Shown here piece after piece: positions 40,548-51,277 of a stretch of 64,000 nt of DNA; positions within the stretch are counted from its first letter, which is position 1; every line of letters starts with the position of its first letter. Origin of the DNA: an uncultured cyanobacterium. GTDB lineage: Bacteria; Cyanobacteriota; Cyanobacteriia; Cyanobacteriales; CAWUOF01. Location: positions 2,944,001-3,008,000 of the forward strand of contig CAVUSO010000001.1 of assembly GCA_963744145.1 (NCBI GenBank). The letters run 5' to 3'. The translations under genes and the position numbers were made by a program. The notes below the pieces were generated by a model, which was given only the letters and a program-made list of their open reading frames with translations, was not told where the DNA came from and searched no databases.

Positions 40548-43500
40548 ATGATTACTATTACTAATTACGTCATTACTGAAAATCTCTATATTGGCAAAAA
40601 ATCAAAAATTTATCGGGGATACCGTCAATCTGATTCTGTCCCGGTAGTAATCAAAGTTTTGCATACCCAATATCCTCAGTTTCAAGAGCTAGTTATGCTC
40701 AGAAATGAATATAACTTGACTAAAAATCTCAATCTTCCTGGGATAATTAAATCTTATAGTTTGGCACCATATAATAATAGTTATGCAATTATTATGGAAG
40801 ATCTAGGTGGAATTTCTTTGCAGGAATATATTAGAACTAAAGTTTTAGATTTAGCGGAATTTTTAGCGATCGCGATTAAGATTGTCCAAATCTTAGCAAA
40901 TTTATATGAGGAAAGAGTTATTCATAAAGATATTAAACCTGCTAATATTTTAATTAATCCTGATACTAAAGAAATTAAATTAATTGACTTTAGTATTGCC
41001 TCACTTCTACCAAGAGAAACTCAATCTTTAAGTAGTATTAATAATTTAGAAGGAACTCTTGCTTATATTTCCCCAGAACAAACTGGGAGAATGAATCGCG
41101 GGATTGATTATCGAACTGATTATTATTCTTTAGGGGTAACTTTCTATGAATTACTGACAAGACAGTTACCTTTTACAGGGGATGATCCCATAGAAATAGT
41201 ACATTGTCATATTGCCAAACAACCACCTTTGGTCAATGAAATTAATCCCAAGATTCCCCCTGTAATTGCTCAGATTGTTGAGAAATTAATGGCTAAAAAT
41301 CCAGAAAAGCGTTATCAAAGTGCATTGGGTTTACAATATGATTTGGAAAAATGTCTAGAGCAACTACAACTAACTGAGCAAATTCCAGAATTTCCAATTG
41401 GGACAAGAGATGTAAGCGATCGCTTTATCATCCCAGAAAAATTATATGGTAGAGCAGAGGAAGTTGAGCAACTATTAGCAGCTTATGAACGGGTAGCATC
41501 TGGGAGCGAAACAGAAACTGGATGGAAAAATCGGGAAATAATTTTAGTTTCAGGTTATTCAGGAATTGGTAAGAGTGCGCTAATTAGTGAAGTTCATAAA
41601 CCAATTGTCAAGAACAGAGGTTATTTTATCAAAGGGAAGTTTGATCAATTTAATCGTAACATTCCTTTTAGTGCTTTTGTCCAAACCCTGCGAGACTTAA
41701 TGGGACAATTACTGAGTGAAACTGATCAACAGTTAGCACAGTGGAAAACCAAAATTTTGACCGCATTAGGTGAAAATGGACAAATAATTATTGAAGTGAT
41801 TCCGGAACTCGAGAAAATAATTGGTAAACAACTACCAGTACCAGAATTATCAGGAATAGAAGCTCAAAATCGGTTTAATTTATTATTCCAAAAATTTATT
41901 GAAATATTTACAGCTAAAGAGCATCCTCTGGTCATATTTTTAGATGATTTACAATGGGCAGATTTAGGCTCATTACAGTTAATAAAATTGCTAATGAGTG
42001 AATCAAAGGTAGGATATTTACTATTAATTGGTGCTTACCGAGATAATGAAGTATCCCCGAGTCATCCTTTGATATTAGCTTTAGAAGAGATGAAAAAAGC
42101 ATCAGCCATAATTAATACTATTAATTTAGCTCCCCTAAGTCTTTTAAGTTTAAATCAATGGATATCTGATTTGCTTAATGCTGATTTGGAAATAGCTCGA
42201 CCATTGACAGAATTAATCTTGAAAAAAACTCAAGGAAATCCATTTTTTAGTATTCAATTCTTGAAAGCATTATATGAATATGGATTAATTAAATTTGATT
42301 TAGATCAAGGATATTGGCAATGCGATCTTGCTCAAGTCAAAGTGTTAGCTCTGACTGATAACGTAGTAGAATTTATGGCTATGCGCTTACAGGAATTACC
42401 TGAAGCAACACAAAATGTCTTGAAGTTAGCAGCTTGTGTGGGAAATCAATTTGATTTAGCGACTTTAGCAATTGTATCTAAACAATCAGAAATAGAAACA
42501 GCTACAGCTTTATGGAAAGCATTACAAGAAGAATTCATTATTCCTAAAAATGAAGTTTATAAGTTCTACTTAGGACAAGAAACATTAGAATTACAATCAG
42601 ATCCAGAGCCAGGAGAATATAAATTTTTGCATGATCGGATTCAACAAGCAGCTTATTCATTAATTCCTGAACTAGAACGAGCGATCGCTCACTATCAAAT
42701 TGGCAAATTACTATTAGAACAAATGTCTCCTACCGCGCTCGAGGAGCAAATATTTGAAGTAGTTAATCAGCTAAATTATGGAATTGAATTAATTACTAAT
42801 CAAACTGAGCGAGATCAACTAGCACAATTAAATCTTTTTGCTGTTGAGAAAGCTAGCACAGCAACTGCTTATCAAGCAGCGCTTGGATATATAGAAAAAG
42901 GGTTAATTTTACTTGGTAATGAAGCTTGGGATAGACAATATGAGACAACTTTGAAATTACAACAAATCGCAACAGAATTAACCTTCCTTTGTGGTGAATT
43001 TGACCAAATGGAAACTTGGTTTAATTCAGTGATTACTCATGCTATAATTCCGCGAGATCAAGTAGAAGTTTATATCGTAAAAATTCAGGGATTAATCTCT
43101 CAAAATCGACTGATAGAAGCAATTAATAATGGTGTAGTAATTCTCACAAAATTGGGAGTTGAATTAATTGAAAATCCTACCTATCAGGATATTAAACAAG
43201 TAATTCAAGAACTTAATATCTTAGTTGGCGATCGCCCAATAGCAGACCTATTTCATCTGAATAAAATGACCGATTTAGACCAACTAGCGATCGTCAAACT
43301 TGCTGCAATTATTATGCCCGCTTGCTATCATGCTGGATCAGGTTTGTTTCCAATTTTGATCACTTTACAGGTAAAGTTATCTTTACAGTATGGTAATAGT
43401 CCAACTTCATCTCTAAGTTATGCAGCATATAGTATTTGCTTAATTAACCTGACTGATAATATTCCAGAAGCTATGCAATTTACTCAATTAGCATCTCGTC

Positions 43501-45989
43501 TAGCTAATGAACCAGATGCAAAAAAAATTCGCGCGGAAACTTTTTTGGTGATTGGATTATTTTTACACCATCGTCAGTTTGCACTACGGGAAACTTTACC
43601 GACTTTTCCCATAGCTTATCAAAATCACATTGAATTAGGTCAGTTAGATAAAGCTGGACTTAGTATAAATGGATTTTGCATGAATTCTTACTGGTCTGGT
43701 CAAAATTTAGCAGAATTAGCACCCCAAATTTTCAGCTATTATCAGCAACTGTTTGATTTAAAGCAGACAATATCAGCAAACTATTGTTTGGTGTATTGGG
43801 AAACCACACTATTTTTGTTAGGTAATCCTGACCAGATTGAACTTTCTTTTGACGATCTTAGTGCTGAAGAAAAAATGGTAGCTGAGTGTCTTAGCTCTCA
43901 TGATATGTCGAGAGGATTTTTCTTTTATTTACACAGAGCAATGCTAAGATTTTTAATATTAGATATTCAATCAGCTCGAAGAGATGTCATTCAAGCTAGA
44001 CAATATCTTACCGGAGTGAAAGGGTTTGTTTGTGAAGCTGGATTATATTTTTATGACTCACTGATTCATCTTGCTGATCAGAGTGAATTAGAAACTAAAT
44101 TAGAGCAAATCCAAGCAAATCAAACGAAATTAAATCATTGGTCTGAATATGCACCGATGAATTATTTGCACAAATGGCAATTAGTTGAAGCGGAAAGATA
44201 TCGAGTATTGGGAGATAAATTAGCTGCGATTGAGATGTATGAACAAGCGATCGCCGGTGCGAAAAATAACGGTTATGTTCAAGAAGAAGCTTTAGCAAAT
44301 GAATTAGCAGCTAAATTTTATCTAAATTGGGAGAAAGAGAAAATTGCGACCGCATATATGCAATCAGCATACTATTGTTATGCTCAGTGGGGGGCAAAAT
44401 GCAAAACAGATGATTTAGAAAAATGTTATCCCCACTTGCTTATTCCCATCATCCCATCTCCAAACAATCAAGTTAATGAACGAATGGGAACAATTTCCGA
44501 ATTACACTCTATCCGCCAGACTCATAGTAGCAATAGTTTTAGTTTTATTGACTATGATGCGATTATTAAAATGTCTTTAGCCCTATCAGGAGAAATTCAA
44601 ATTGAACAATTGCTGACGACTTTAGTGGAAATTATTATGGCTAATTCTGGAGCAGATAAATGTGCTTTAATTTTACTCAAAGACACTCAGTTATTTATTG
44701 AAGCAACGGGAATTTTTGGAGGAGAAACTACTACGGTGTTGCGATTGATCCCCCTAGAATCTAGTCAAGAGCTACCAGTTTCTCTCATTAAATATGTATA
44801 TAGAACTCAGACAAATGTCTTAATTAATCAAATCCAAAACAACTTTGTTAATGATCCTTATATTCAAAAACAAAAGCCCCCAAGTATATTATGTACTCCG
44901 ATTATTAAACAAGGAAAAATTATCGGGATTATTTATTTAGAAAATAGCCTAATTCAAGGAGTATTTAATTCTTCTCGTCTAGAAATGATTAATCTCTTAA
45001 CCGCTCAAGCAGCTATTTCCTTGGAAAATGCTCAACTTTATGGGAAATTAGAAGCTTATTCTTATACTTTAGAGCAAAAAGTTACAGAGCGGACTCAAGA
45101 GTTAAAAGAAAAAGCTACTCAGCTCGAACTAATTCTTCAAAAACTTTATACCACTCAATCCCAAATGATTCAAACTGAAAAAATGTCCAGCTTGGGTCAG
45201 CTAGTAGCAGGGATTGCTCATGAAATTAATAATCCAATTAGTTTTATTTCTGGTAATATTGATCATGCAAATGAATATATTATCACCTTAATTGAATTGA
45301 TTAAATTATACCAACAACTTGAATATCAACCGACTCTAGAGATTGCTGAAAAATTAGCAGAGCTTGACCTAGACTTTCTAATTTCTGACTTGCAAAAATT
45401 ATTAAATTCCATGAAAACTGGTAGCGATCGCGTCAAACAAATTGTCAATTCTCTCCGCAATTTTTCCCGGTTAGATGAATCCAAAATTAAATCTGTTGAT
45501 CTACACACAGGTATTGAAAGTACATTACTAATCCTACAACATCGATGCCAAGATGATAGTAAGTATCAGAAAATTAAAATAATTAAAGAATATGGTCAAC
45601 TTCCATTAGTTAAATGTTACGCATCGGAATTAAATCAGGTTTTTATGAATATCATCAATAATGCTATTGATACATTACATCAAGCAGATCAAGAGTTTTC
45701 TGAATGGAATCAAGAACCGACAATTAGGATTAATACGAGCATGAATGATCTCCAAACTGTGGTGATCATCAAAATTGCGGATAATGGGATGGGGATCAAA
45801 CCAGCTCTACTCACTAAAATTTTTGATCCCTTTTTTACCACTAAACCAGTGGGTCAAGGAACAGGATTAGGATTATCAATTAGTTACTCGATTATCGTGG
45901 AAAAACATCACGGTAAGTTAAGCTGTATTTCTCCTCCTGGGAGGGGAGCAGAATTTATCATTGAAATTCCCCTTTTTATTGACAATTAG
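40548..45989 (+). CDS. Trifunctional Ser/Thr kinase - AAA ATPase - GAF - histidine kinase (copy 1)
   Basis: HKDIKPAN, GYSGIGKS, FLDDLQW, YLEN GAF motif, AHEINNP, GTGLGL. Confidence 0.93.
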   Translation: MITITNYVITENLYIGKKSKIYRGYRQSDSVPVVIKVLHTQYPQFQELVMLRNEYNLTKNLNLPGIIKSYSLAPYNNSYAIIMEDLGGISLQEYIRTKVLDLAEFLAIAIKIVQILANLYEERVIHKDIKPANILINPDTKEIKLIDFSIASLLPRETQSLSSINNLEGTLAYISPEQTGRMNRGIDYRTDYYSLGVTFYELLTRQLPFTGDDPIEIVHCHIAKQPPLVNEINPKIPPVIAQIVEKLMAKNPEKRYQSALGLQYDLEKCLEQLQLTEQIPEFPIGTRDVSDRFIIPEKLYGRAEEVEQLLAAYERVASGSETETGWKNREIILVSGYSGIGKSALISEVHKPIVKNRGYFIKGKFDQFNRNIPFSAFVQTLRDLMGQLLSETDQQLAQWKTKILTALGENGQIIIEVIPELEKIIGKQLPVPELSGIEAQNRFNLLFQKFIEIFTAKEHPLVIFLDDLQWADLGSLQLIKLLMSESKVGYLLLIGAYRDNEVSPSHPLILALEEMKKASAIINTINLAPLSLLSLNQWISDLLNADLEIARPLTELILKKTQGNPFFSIQFLKALYEYGLIKFDLDQGYWQCDLAQVKVLALTDNVVEFMAMRLQELPEATQNVLKLAACVGNQFDLATLAIVSKQSEIETATALWKALQEEFIIPKNEVYKFYLGQETLELQSDPEPGEYKFLHDRIQQAAYSLIPELERAIAHYQIGKLLLEQMSPTALEEQIFEVVNQLNYGIELITNQTERDQLAQLNLFAVEKASTATAYQAALGYIEKGLILLGNEAWDRQYETTLKLQQIATELTFLCGEFDQMETWFNSVITHAIIPRDQVEVYIVKIQGLISQNRLIEAINNGVVILTKLGVELIENPTYQDIKQVIQELNILVGDRPIADLFHLNKMTDLDQLAIVKLAAIIMPACYHAGSGLFPILITLQVKLSLQYGNSPTSSLSYAAYSICLINLTDNIPEAMQFTQLASRLANEPDAKKIRAETFLVIGLFLHHRQFALRETLPTFPIAYQNHIELGQLDKAGLSINGFCMNSYWSGQNLAELAPQIFSYYQQLFDLKQTISANYCLVYWETTLFLLGNPDQIELSFDDLSAEEKMVAECLSSHDMSRGFFFYLHRAMLRFLILDIQSARRDVIQARQYLTGVKGFVCEAGLYFYDSLIHLADQSELETKLEQIQANQTKLNHWSEYAPMNYLHKWQLVEAERYRVLGDKLAAIEMYEQAIAGAKNNGYVQEEALANELAAKFYLNWEKEKIATAYMQSAYYCYAQWGAKCKTDDLEKCYPHLLIPIIPSPNNQVNERMGTISELHSIRQTHSSNSFSFIDYDAIIKMSLALSGEIQIEQLLTTLVEIIMANSGADKCALILLKDTQLFIEATGIFGGETTTVLRLIPLESSQELPVSLIKYVYRTQTNVLINQIQNNFVNDPYIQKQKPPSILCTPIIKQGKIIGIIYLENSLIQGVFNSSRLEMINLLTAQAAISLENAQLYGKLEAYSYTLEQKVTERTQELKEKATQLELILQKLYTTQSQMIQTEKMSSLGQLVAGIAHEINNPISFISGNIDHANEYIITLIELIKLYQQLEYQPTLEIAEKLAELDLDFLISDLQKLLNSMKTGSDRVKQIVNSLRNFSRLDESKIKSVDLHTGIESTLLILQHRCQDDSKYQKIKIIKEYGQLPLVKCYASELNQVFMNIINNAIDTLHQADQEFSEWNQEPTIRINTSMNDLQTVVIIKIADNGMGIKPALLTKIFDPFFTTKPVGQGTGLGLSISYSIIVEKHHGKLSCISPPGRGAEFIIEIPLFIDN

Positions 45990-46012
45990 GTCTAAGCTAG
46001 GTTATGATAAAA
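45718..46012 (+). repeat. 295-bp direct repeat, left copy (right copy 53287-53581)
   Basis: Near-identical sequence (2 mismatches seen) covering the kinase 3' end and downstream flank. Confidence 0.9.
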
Positions 46013-46060
46013 CCTAGGCTAGAATTCGTTTAAAAAGTATGGAGTTATTTAGGGGTTAGC

Positions 46061-47281
46061 TCAAAGATTTATTTTTTTTGACTGAGGGTTGACTGAGCAG
46101 TTCTGAATTTTGGCATAGATAGCAAGTGCAGCGATCGCAAACAGTGCCATCACACCAGACATAGCGTAGGTTGTGTGTCCGTCAAAGAAAAAGCCAATCA
46201 GCGCACTTGATATAGCACCTGCTAACATTTGCAGAAATCCAATTAATGCCGTAGCAATCCCAGTAGCCTCTGCTCCTACCATAAGTGCGCTAAAGATAGC
46301 ATTGGGTGGAATTAGTCCAGCACAGAATGTATTAATGATCAGGCATGGCATCAGTGTTGTCACCCCTGCCCAACCACTAACCGATAGGATGACAAGTGCA
46401 ACAGATGAGGTAGCAGAAAGCACTAACCCAACACTGAGCAAACGTGCCGATGATATCCCAAGGCTAGTCAAACGTCCATTGAGAAATGAGCCAGCCATAA
46501 TCCCGCAAGCAGTTAATGCGAAGAGTAAACCATAGGTTGTGGTCGAGATCCCTAAGACCTTGAGCATGACAAGTGGCGACCCCGCAACGTAAGCAAACAT
46601 ACACCCAAAAGTCAGAGCGTTGATCATCGCATAGCCTAGATAAATCGGATTACTGAGGAGCTGGATATAATTCCCTATTAACTGTCGTGGTTTTAGGGCA
46701 CTTAGATCTCGGCTTTTAATTGACTCACCCAGACCGATGGCCACAATCAGCACCAGGAGCATCCCGCCAACAGCCAGGAATCCATAGATTGCACGCCAAT
46801 TGGCGATCGCTAATATTGCCCCGCCAATTGTGGGTGCAATCATTGGTGCTATGGTCATTACTACGTTGACATAGGAGAGCTTGGTGCGAGCCGCTTGATC
46901 CTCAAACAGATCACGGATGATTGCCAGCATCAAAACCATCCCAGCACCTGCACCTGCGCCCTGAAATAAGCGACAAGCTATCAGTACATTTATTGATGGG
47001 GCAATAGTACCACCAATACTGGCCAGTGCAAAGAGGATGCAGCCTATGAGTAAAGCTGGTTTGCGTCCATAGTAATCGGAGAATGGACCAAAAATCAGTT
47101 GGGAGGTAGCGAACCCAAGCATAAACAGACTCAGGGTTAGCCCCACCGATCCACTTGATGCCTCCAGTGATGCACTAATCATTGGCAATGCTGGTAGTGC
47201 CATATCTATTGATAAAGGTGGCAGTGCGGCAATTATGCCAAAAAGCACGGTAAAGCTAATCGAGTTAGGGTTAATCCGCAT
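46061..47281 (-). CDS. Bcr/CflA family MFS efflux transporter
   Basis: IDMALPALP, GPFSDYYGRKP, IIRDLF, APTIGG, WRAIY motifs; about 12 TM. Confidence 0.9.
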   Translation of the reverse strand: MRINPNSISFTVLFGIIAALPPLSIDMALPALPMISASLEASSGSVGLTLSLFMLGFATSQLIFGPFSDYYGRKPALLIGCILFALASIGGTIAPSINVLIACRLFQGAGAGAGMVLMLAIIRDLFEDQAARTKLSYVNVVMTIAPMIAPTIGGAILAIANWRAIYGFLAVGGMLLVLIVAIGLGESIKSRDLSALKPRQLIGNYIQLLSNPIYLGYAMINALTFGCMFAYVAGSPLVMLKVLGISTTTYGLLFALTACGIMAGSFLNGRLTSLGISSARLLSVGLVLSATSSVALVILSVSGWAGVTTLMPCLIINTFCAGLIPPNAIFSALMVGAEATGIATALIGFLQMLAGAISSALIGFFFDGHTTYAMSGVMALFAIAALAIYAKIQNCSVNPQSKKINL

Positions 47282-47284
47282 ATT

Positions 47285-48511
47285 TTAATGTTGACTAAAG
47301 TGCGGATATGTGAAATGTCGATTTCCGATAAATTCTAATAGGCTCTTACCGTAATTCTGGAGAAGCTGATCAGAGAATAAATACTTGTGGTGAGCAGCAG
47401 CACTGATGTCACGATAACATTTCTGTAGCGCACTCTCCCGTAGCGCAACTCCATCGCTAGCCCGATAAGCAAATGTGCATACTTCTAATGCTACCTCATA
47501 CACATATCGGCTACTAAGTTGCGATAAGACCATTTGTGGGGAGCTAGCAACGCTGCCATTTTCTAAAGTACAGAAAACATCGTTCCATACTTCCAAGCTA
47601 AAGCTACGCGCCGATCGCATCTTGGCTTCAGTTAAGGCAAATTTCTCCTGAAAACTAGGCGAATTACTAATAAATTTGGACGATTCCTCTTTGACTACAG
47701 CGATCGCCGCCAGTTCATCCAAAGCTCTCCGTCCCACTCCTAAAGCGAAACCAGCATGAGCCAGGGAAAGTAAACCAGCCATCCCTAACTTATAAAGCCC
47801 TCCTCCACGCTTTGGCTCCGATTCATTGATTAAAAAGCTAAATGCTTCCGATTGGTATAGATTGCTAACCGAGAAATCAAAACTACCAGTACCTTGTAAA
47901 CCTAACACCCACCAATTATCACCAACAGTAATGGCATTTCGTGGGCAATAAAAAACCCGTTGTTCAGGGCAACCATTCGGTAGTAATCTAGGTCGATCTT
48001 CATCTATAACCGTGACTCCACAAAAAACATAATTTGCATGTGTAATACCACTGCCATAACTGTACTTGCCATTAATTAGGTATTGGTCTCTTTTCTGTAC
48101 TGCTTGTCCGCGATAACAAGCTCCGCTTCCAGCTACTACTAAGTCAACCGTATTGCCAAATATTTCTGCAACTGCATCATTTCCCAAAAATGCACCTGCT
48201 AGTGCTGTTTGTGCTACGCTATTTAACAGACACCAACCTGCCGATGCATGATGGTAAGAAATTTCCTCAATCACTTGGATAACTGTCAAAGGATCTACTT
48301 CAATACCCCCAATACTTTTCGGAACCAACATCCGGTAAAGTCCAGCTCCTTTCATGGTTGCAACGGTTTGATCAGTGAGATGCCGTTGTTGTTCGGCATT
48401 ACTCATTTCAGCCCGCAGAATTGGTGCAATTAACTTAGCATTTTCAATTAAATTTTGGCTGACTTTTTTTGATTGGATACCTGGTGATTCTAGTTGCATA
48501 AATTTTTCCAA
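47285..48511 (-). CDS. Flavin-dependent monooxygenase, acyl-CoA dehydrogenase fold (HsaA-like oxygenase component)
   Basis: GLYRMLVPKSIGG, SAGWC, GKYSYGSG, WWVLGLQGTGS, LQKCYRD motifs. Confidence 0.82.
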   Translation of the reverse strand: MEKFMQLESPGIQSKKVSQNLIENAKLIAPILRAEMSNAEQQRHLTDQTVATMKGAGLYRMLVPKSIGGIEVDPLTVIQVIEEISYHHASAGWCLLNSVAQTALAGAFLGNDAVAEIFGNTVDLVVAGSGACYRGQAVQKRDQYLINGKYSYGSGITHANYVFCGVTVIDEDRPRLLPNGCPEQRVFYCPRNAITVGDNWWVLGLQGTGSFDFSVSNLYQSEAFSFLINESEPKRGGGLYKLGMAGLLSLAHAGFALGVGRRALDELAAIAVVKEESSKFISNSPSFQEKFALTEAKMRSARSFSLEVWNDVFCTLENGSVASSPQMVLSQLSSRYVYEVALEVCTFAYRASDGVALRESALQKCYRDISAAAHHKYLFSDQLLQNYGKSLLEFIGNRHFTYPHFSQH

Positions 48512-48556
48512 TATCTGCCTAAGTTTGCTATTGCTGATCTAATTGATCTATGTTAG

Positions 48557-49747
48557 TTAACCTAACTGAAACAGAATCCCTTCTATACCTACTCCTGGTG
48601 AAAATGAAAAGGCAATACCAGTTAATGGTGTCAGTTGTTTGTCGGATGACTTTTGAGTTTCATGATGGTGATTGTTCAATCCCACATATTCTTGATCATT
48701 AATAGGATAATCCTTATTCCTTCTTAATATCATACGTTGGAGTACAAACAGTACCGAGGGACTCAGCATATTGCCATATTGACGAAGGATCTCCCAACTA
48801 TCAGCCACTTGGCTATCACTCAGTCCAAGAGAAAGCTGTGACTTCTCAATAATGCGTGTCCCACCAGGATGAATAGCCCACAGATCAATATTTTCTTTTG
48901 TTAGTTTATGCTTTGCTAGAAAACGTTCAATAATTGGACCGACTCCAGTTTCAATGTAATCAGGTAATTGGCGTGATAACTTACAGGTAATTCCATTATC
49001 TTTTATGCCCAAAACAATACCATCTTTGGTCTGGGGAGCCAGGTAACTTAAGTGATCTTTAATGACGACTTTACCTTGACCGAATGCTTGCTGTTTTTCA
49101 ATCGCTCCGATTACCATTGCCGCACATCCATCGCCAAAAATACTATGAATAATTACATCTCCAATTTCATCTTCAAATACGGCGTTGACTGAACTCAATT
49201 CCAGACAGATTACCAGAGCTTTATGGGCTGGATGAGCTAGCACATGATTGCCCGCAACTAACAGTCCATTCATGGCAGCAGCACAACCCATAAAACTTAT
49301 TGTCACCCGAGCTGTATCTGGTCTGAGTTCGAGTTTCTCAATTAATTCTATATCTACTCCTGGTGCTACAAAACCTGTACTCGAAACAAAAACAATGAGA
49401 CGAATAGAATCAACAATGTTCTCCTGACTTACAGATGCCTCTTTAAGTGCTTGTCTAGCAACCCGTTCAGCCAGAGGAACAGCATACTTCTTATAAAGAT
49501 GCATCCGGAACTCAATATTACCTTGCTGTTGACTGAATGCTACTGTCTCATCACATAGTAAATTAACAGCCAAGTGTCTCGTCTCAATTCGAGTATTTTG
49601 GTAAAGCTTATCGATCCGGGTGCGATTTTGTTCTAAGTTAAGCAGGTTCGTAACAACTCTAGCTGCATCGGATTGTGGAATGATGTTCTCAGGAGTCCCA
49701 GTTGCGATACTTTTAATGATTGGAAAAAACTGCTTTGATTTCTGCAT
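48557..49747 (-). CDS. Type III polyketide synthase
   Basis: Catalytic Cys (FMGCAA), His (AIHPGG), Asn (YGNMLS); FGDG; FSPG; alternative TTG start at 49810. Confidence 0.93.
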   Translation of the reverse strand: MQKSKQFFPIIKSIATGTPENIIPQSDAARVVTNLLNLEQNRTRIDKLYQNTRIETRHLAVNLLCDETVAFSQQQGNIEFRMHLYKKYAVPLAERVARQALKEASVSQENIVDSIRLIVFVSSTGFVAPGVDIELIEKLELRPDTARVTISFMGCAAAMNGLLVAGNHVLAHPAHKALVICLELSSVNAVFEDEIGDVIIHSIFGDGCAAMVIGAIEKQQAFGQGKVVIKDHLSYLAPQTKDGIVLGIKDNGITCKLSRQLPDYIETGVGPIIERFLAKHKLTKENIDLWAIHPGGTRIIEKSQLSLGLSDSQVADSWEILRQYGNMLSPSVLFVLQRMILRRNKDYPINDQEYVGLNNHHHETQKSSDKQLTPLTGIAFSFSPGVGIEGILFQLG

Positions 49748-49806
49748 ACTAGCTCGCAAAATAAATATTTTACTGAAATACGGGATACTGCGGGCACAGC
49801 TTCTTG

Positions 49807-51204
49807 TCAAATCGAGTTGAATCCAACAAAACCTTCACTAATATATTTTAGTGACGTTAATAATTGTTGTGGATGAAGATGTTCCTTGAAAATGCCAAAG
49901 TTATTTTCTTTGGCGATTCTTGATGGACTAAATAAGTAATATTTAATCAAGGTTGGTAATCTGTCCAGAAAAAAGTTTTTTGGTGGTAACCAGACAATGT
50001 TAAATTTCTCCGCTTCCTCTTGGACAAGATCTTCACTGATAATATTGGCAAAGCCACTTTTTTGATATGGCAGTGTATGGTGTACACGGTGTGAAGCAAG
50101 GCCAGCCGACAAAAAGCAGTCAATGTACTTGTTGCCAATCATCGTCAAATCGTAGGCATTTTTAATTTGGAAGACTGCCCAATCTTGATTCTCTATAAGA
50201 TCGACTTTTGCTCCGGCTTCTTCTTCAAAATCGTGACTAGCAACAATCAGAAATGTGCCGATCCATAGAGTAATAAAAAATTGGATAAACCAAGCCCCTA
50301 AATCATCGTTTATCCAAAACAAAATTAACTCACTAAAAAGAAGTATCCGCATAGCAAAGAGACCAATATAATGGGGAATACTTTCTTGCCAAGAGCCATA
50401 TAAATCTTTAGGAACACCGAAATTGTATCCAAATAATAAGCTAATCGCTCGAAAAAACATTCCTGTCAGAACATGGGCTAATTTATGTAAAGTATGAAGT
50501 GGGATTCGATAGTAACGAGGCAGTTCTAGGATGGCGGTAAAAACATTTCTCTTGATGTCAGGTTCGCACTGAGTAAAAGGATGATGCATCAAAGTATGAC
50601 CATCCGTAACTACAAAAGCCATCGGCACGTAGTTGAGATCAAAAATGTGTGAAAATATTTTGTTGAGACCAACCTGTTTTCGATGAATTAGATAATGACC
50701 CGCACCTGAGAGCGAGATTCTTAACACCACCATTAGTGGAACAAACAGATAAATTGGCATATAGGACGTAAATTTTAATCGCAGCAATTCCACGAGGATA
50801 TACATCACGAACAAAATCGCGGTAATGACATCAAAAAGCAAGTCCATTTTCTCAATTCTTTTTGTCATTTCCTGCGTTTTTAGTCTGCTTTTGATCCGAT
50901 CAAGAAGTTGCTCCTTATTGTCGAAGTTAAACTTTGGTGTATCTCTCCAGCTATCAAATTTTTCCTTAAACAAAAATTCTGGAGCGCTATATTTAGGATG
51001 AACGTCATCAGGTACAGCTTTTCTTCCTAAAGCATATTTCTGGAGAATTTTCTTATTCTTCTCAATGTTGGGATGAAAAATATTAATCAATGTTGTAATA
51101 TCTCTATTTCTCATCCGTCCAATGAAGAAACCACCACCGGGATGCTGCTTGATAAAGTCAGATAGATCGTATGCTTCTCCCTCGTAAACCCATATATTAG
51201 ACAT
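49807..51204 (-). CDS. Cytochrome b5-fused membrane fatty acid desaturase-like protein
   Basis: N-terminal YDLSDFIKQHPGG; His boxes HYLIH, HTLMHH, HRVHH; TM segments. Confidence 0.85.
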   Translation of the reverse strand: MSNIWVYEGEAYDLSDFIKQHPGGGFFIGRMRNRDITTLINIFHPNIEKNKKILQKYALGRKAVPDDVHPKYSAPEFLFKEKFDSWRDTPKFNFDNKEQLLDRIKSRLKTQEMTKRIEKMDLLFDVITAILFVMYILVELLRLKFTSYMPIYLFVPLMVVLRISLSGAGHYLIHRKQVGLNKIFSHIFDLNYVPMAFVVTDGHTLMHHPFTQCEPDIKRNVFTAILELPRYYRIPLHTLHKLAHVLTGMFFRAISLLFGYNFGVPKDLYGSWQESIPHYIGLFAMRILLFSELILFWINDDLGAWFIQFFITLWIGTFLIVASHDFEEEAGAKVDLIENQDWAVFQIKNAYDLTMIGNKYIDCFLSAGLASHRVHHTLPYQKSGFANIISEDLVQEEAEKFNIVWLPPKNFFLDRLPTLIKYYLFSPSRIAKENNFGIFKEHLHPQQLLTSLKYISEGFVGFNSI

Positions 51205-51277
51205 ATTCAATTGCTGCTGCTTCTAAGTGTTGTTATTTGTCAGGATTGGATGATTATTGAAAGAGCGCTAATATAGG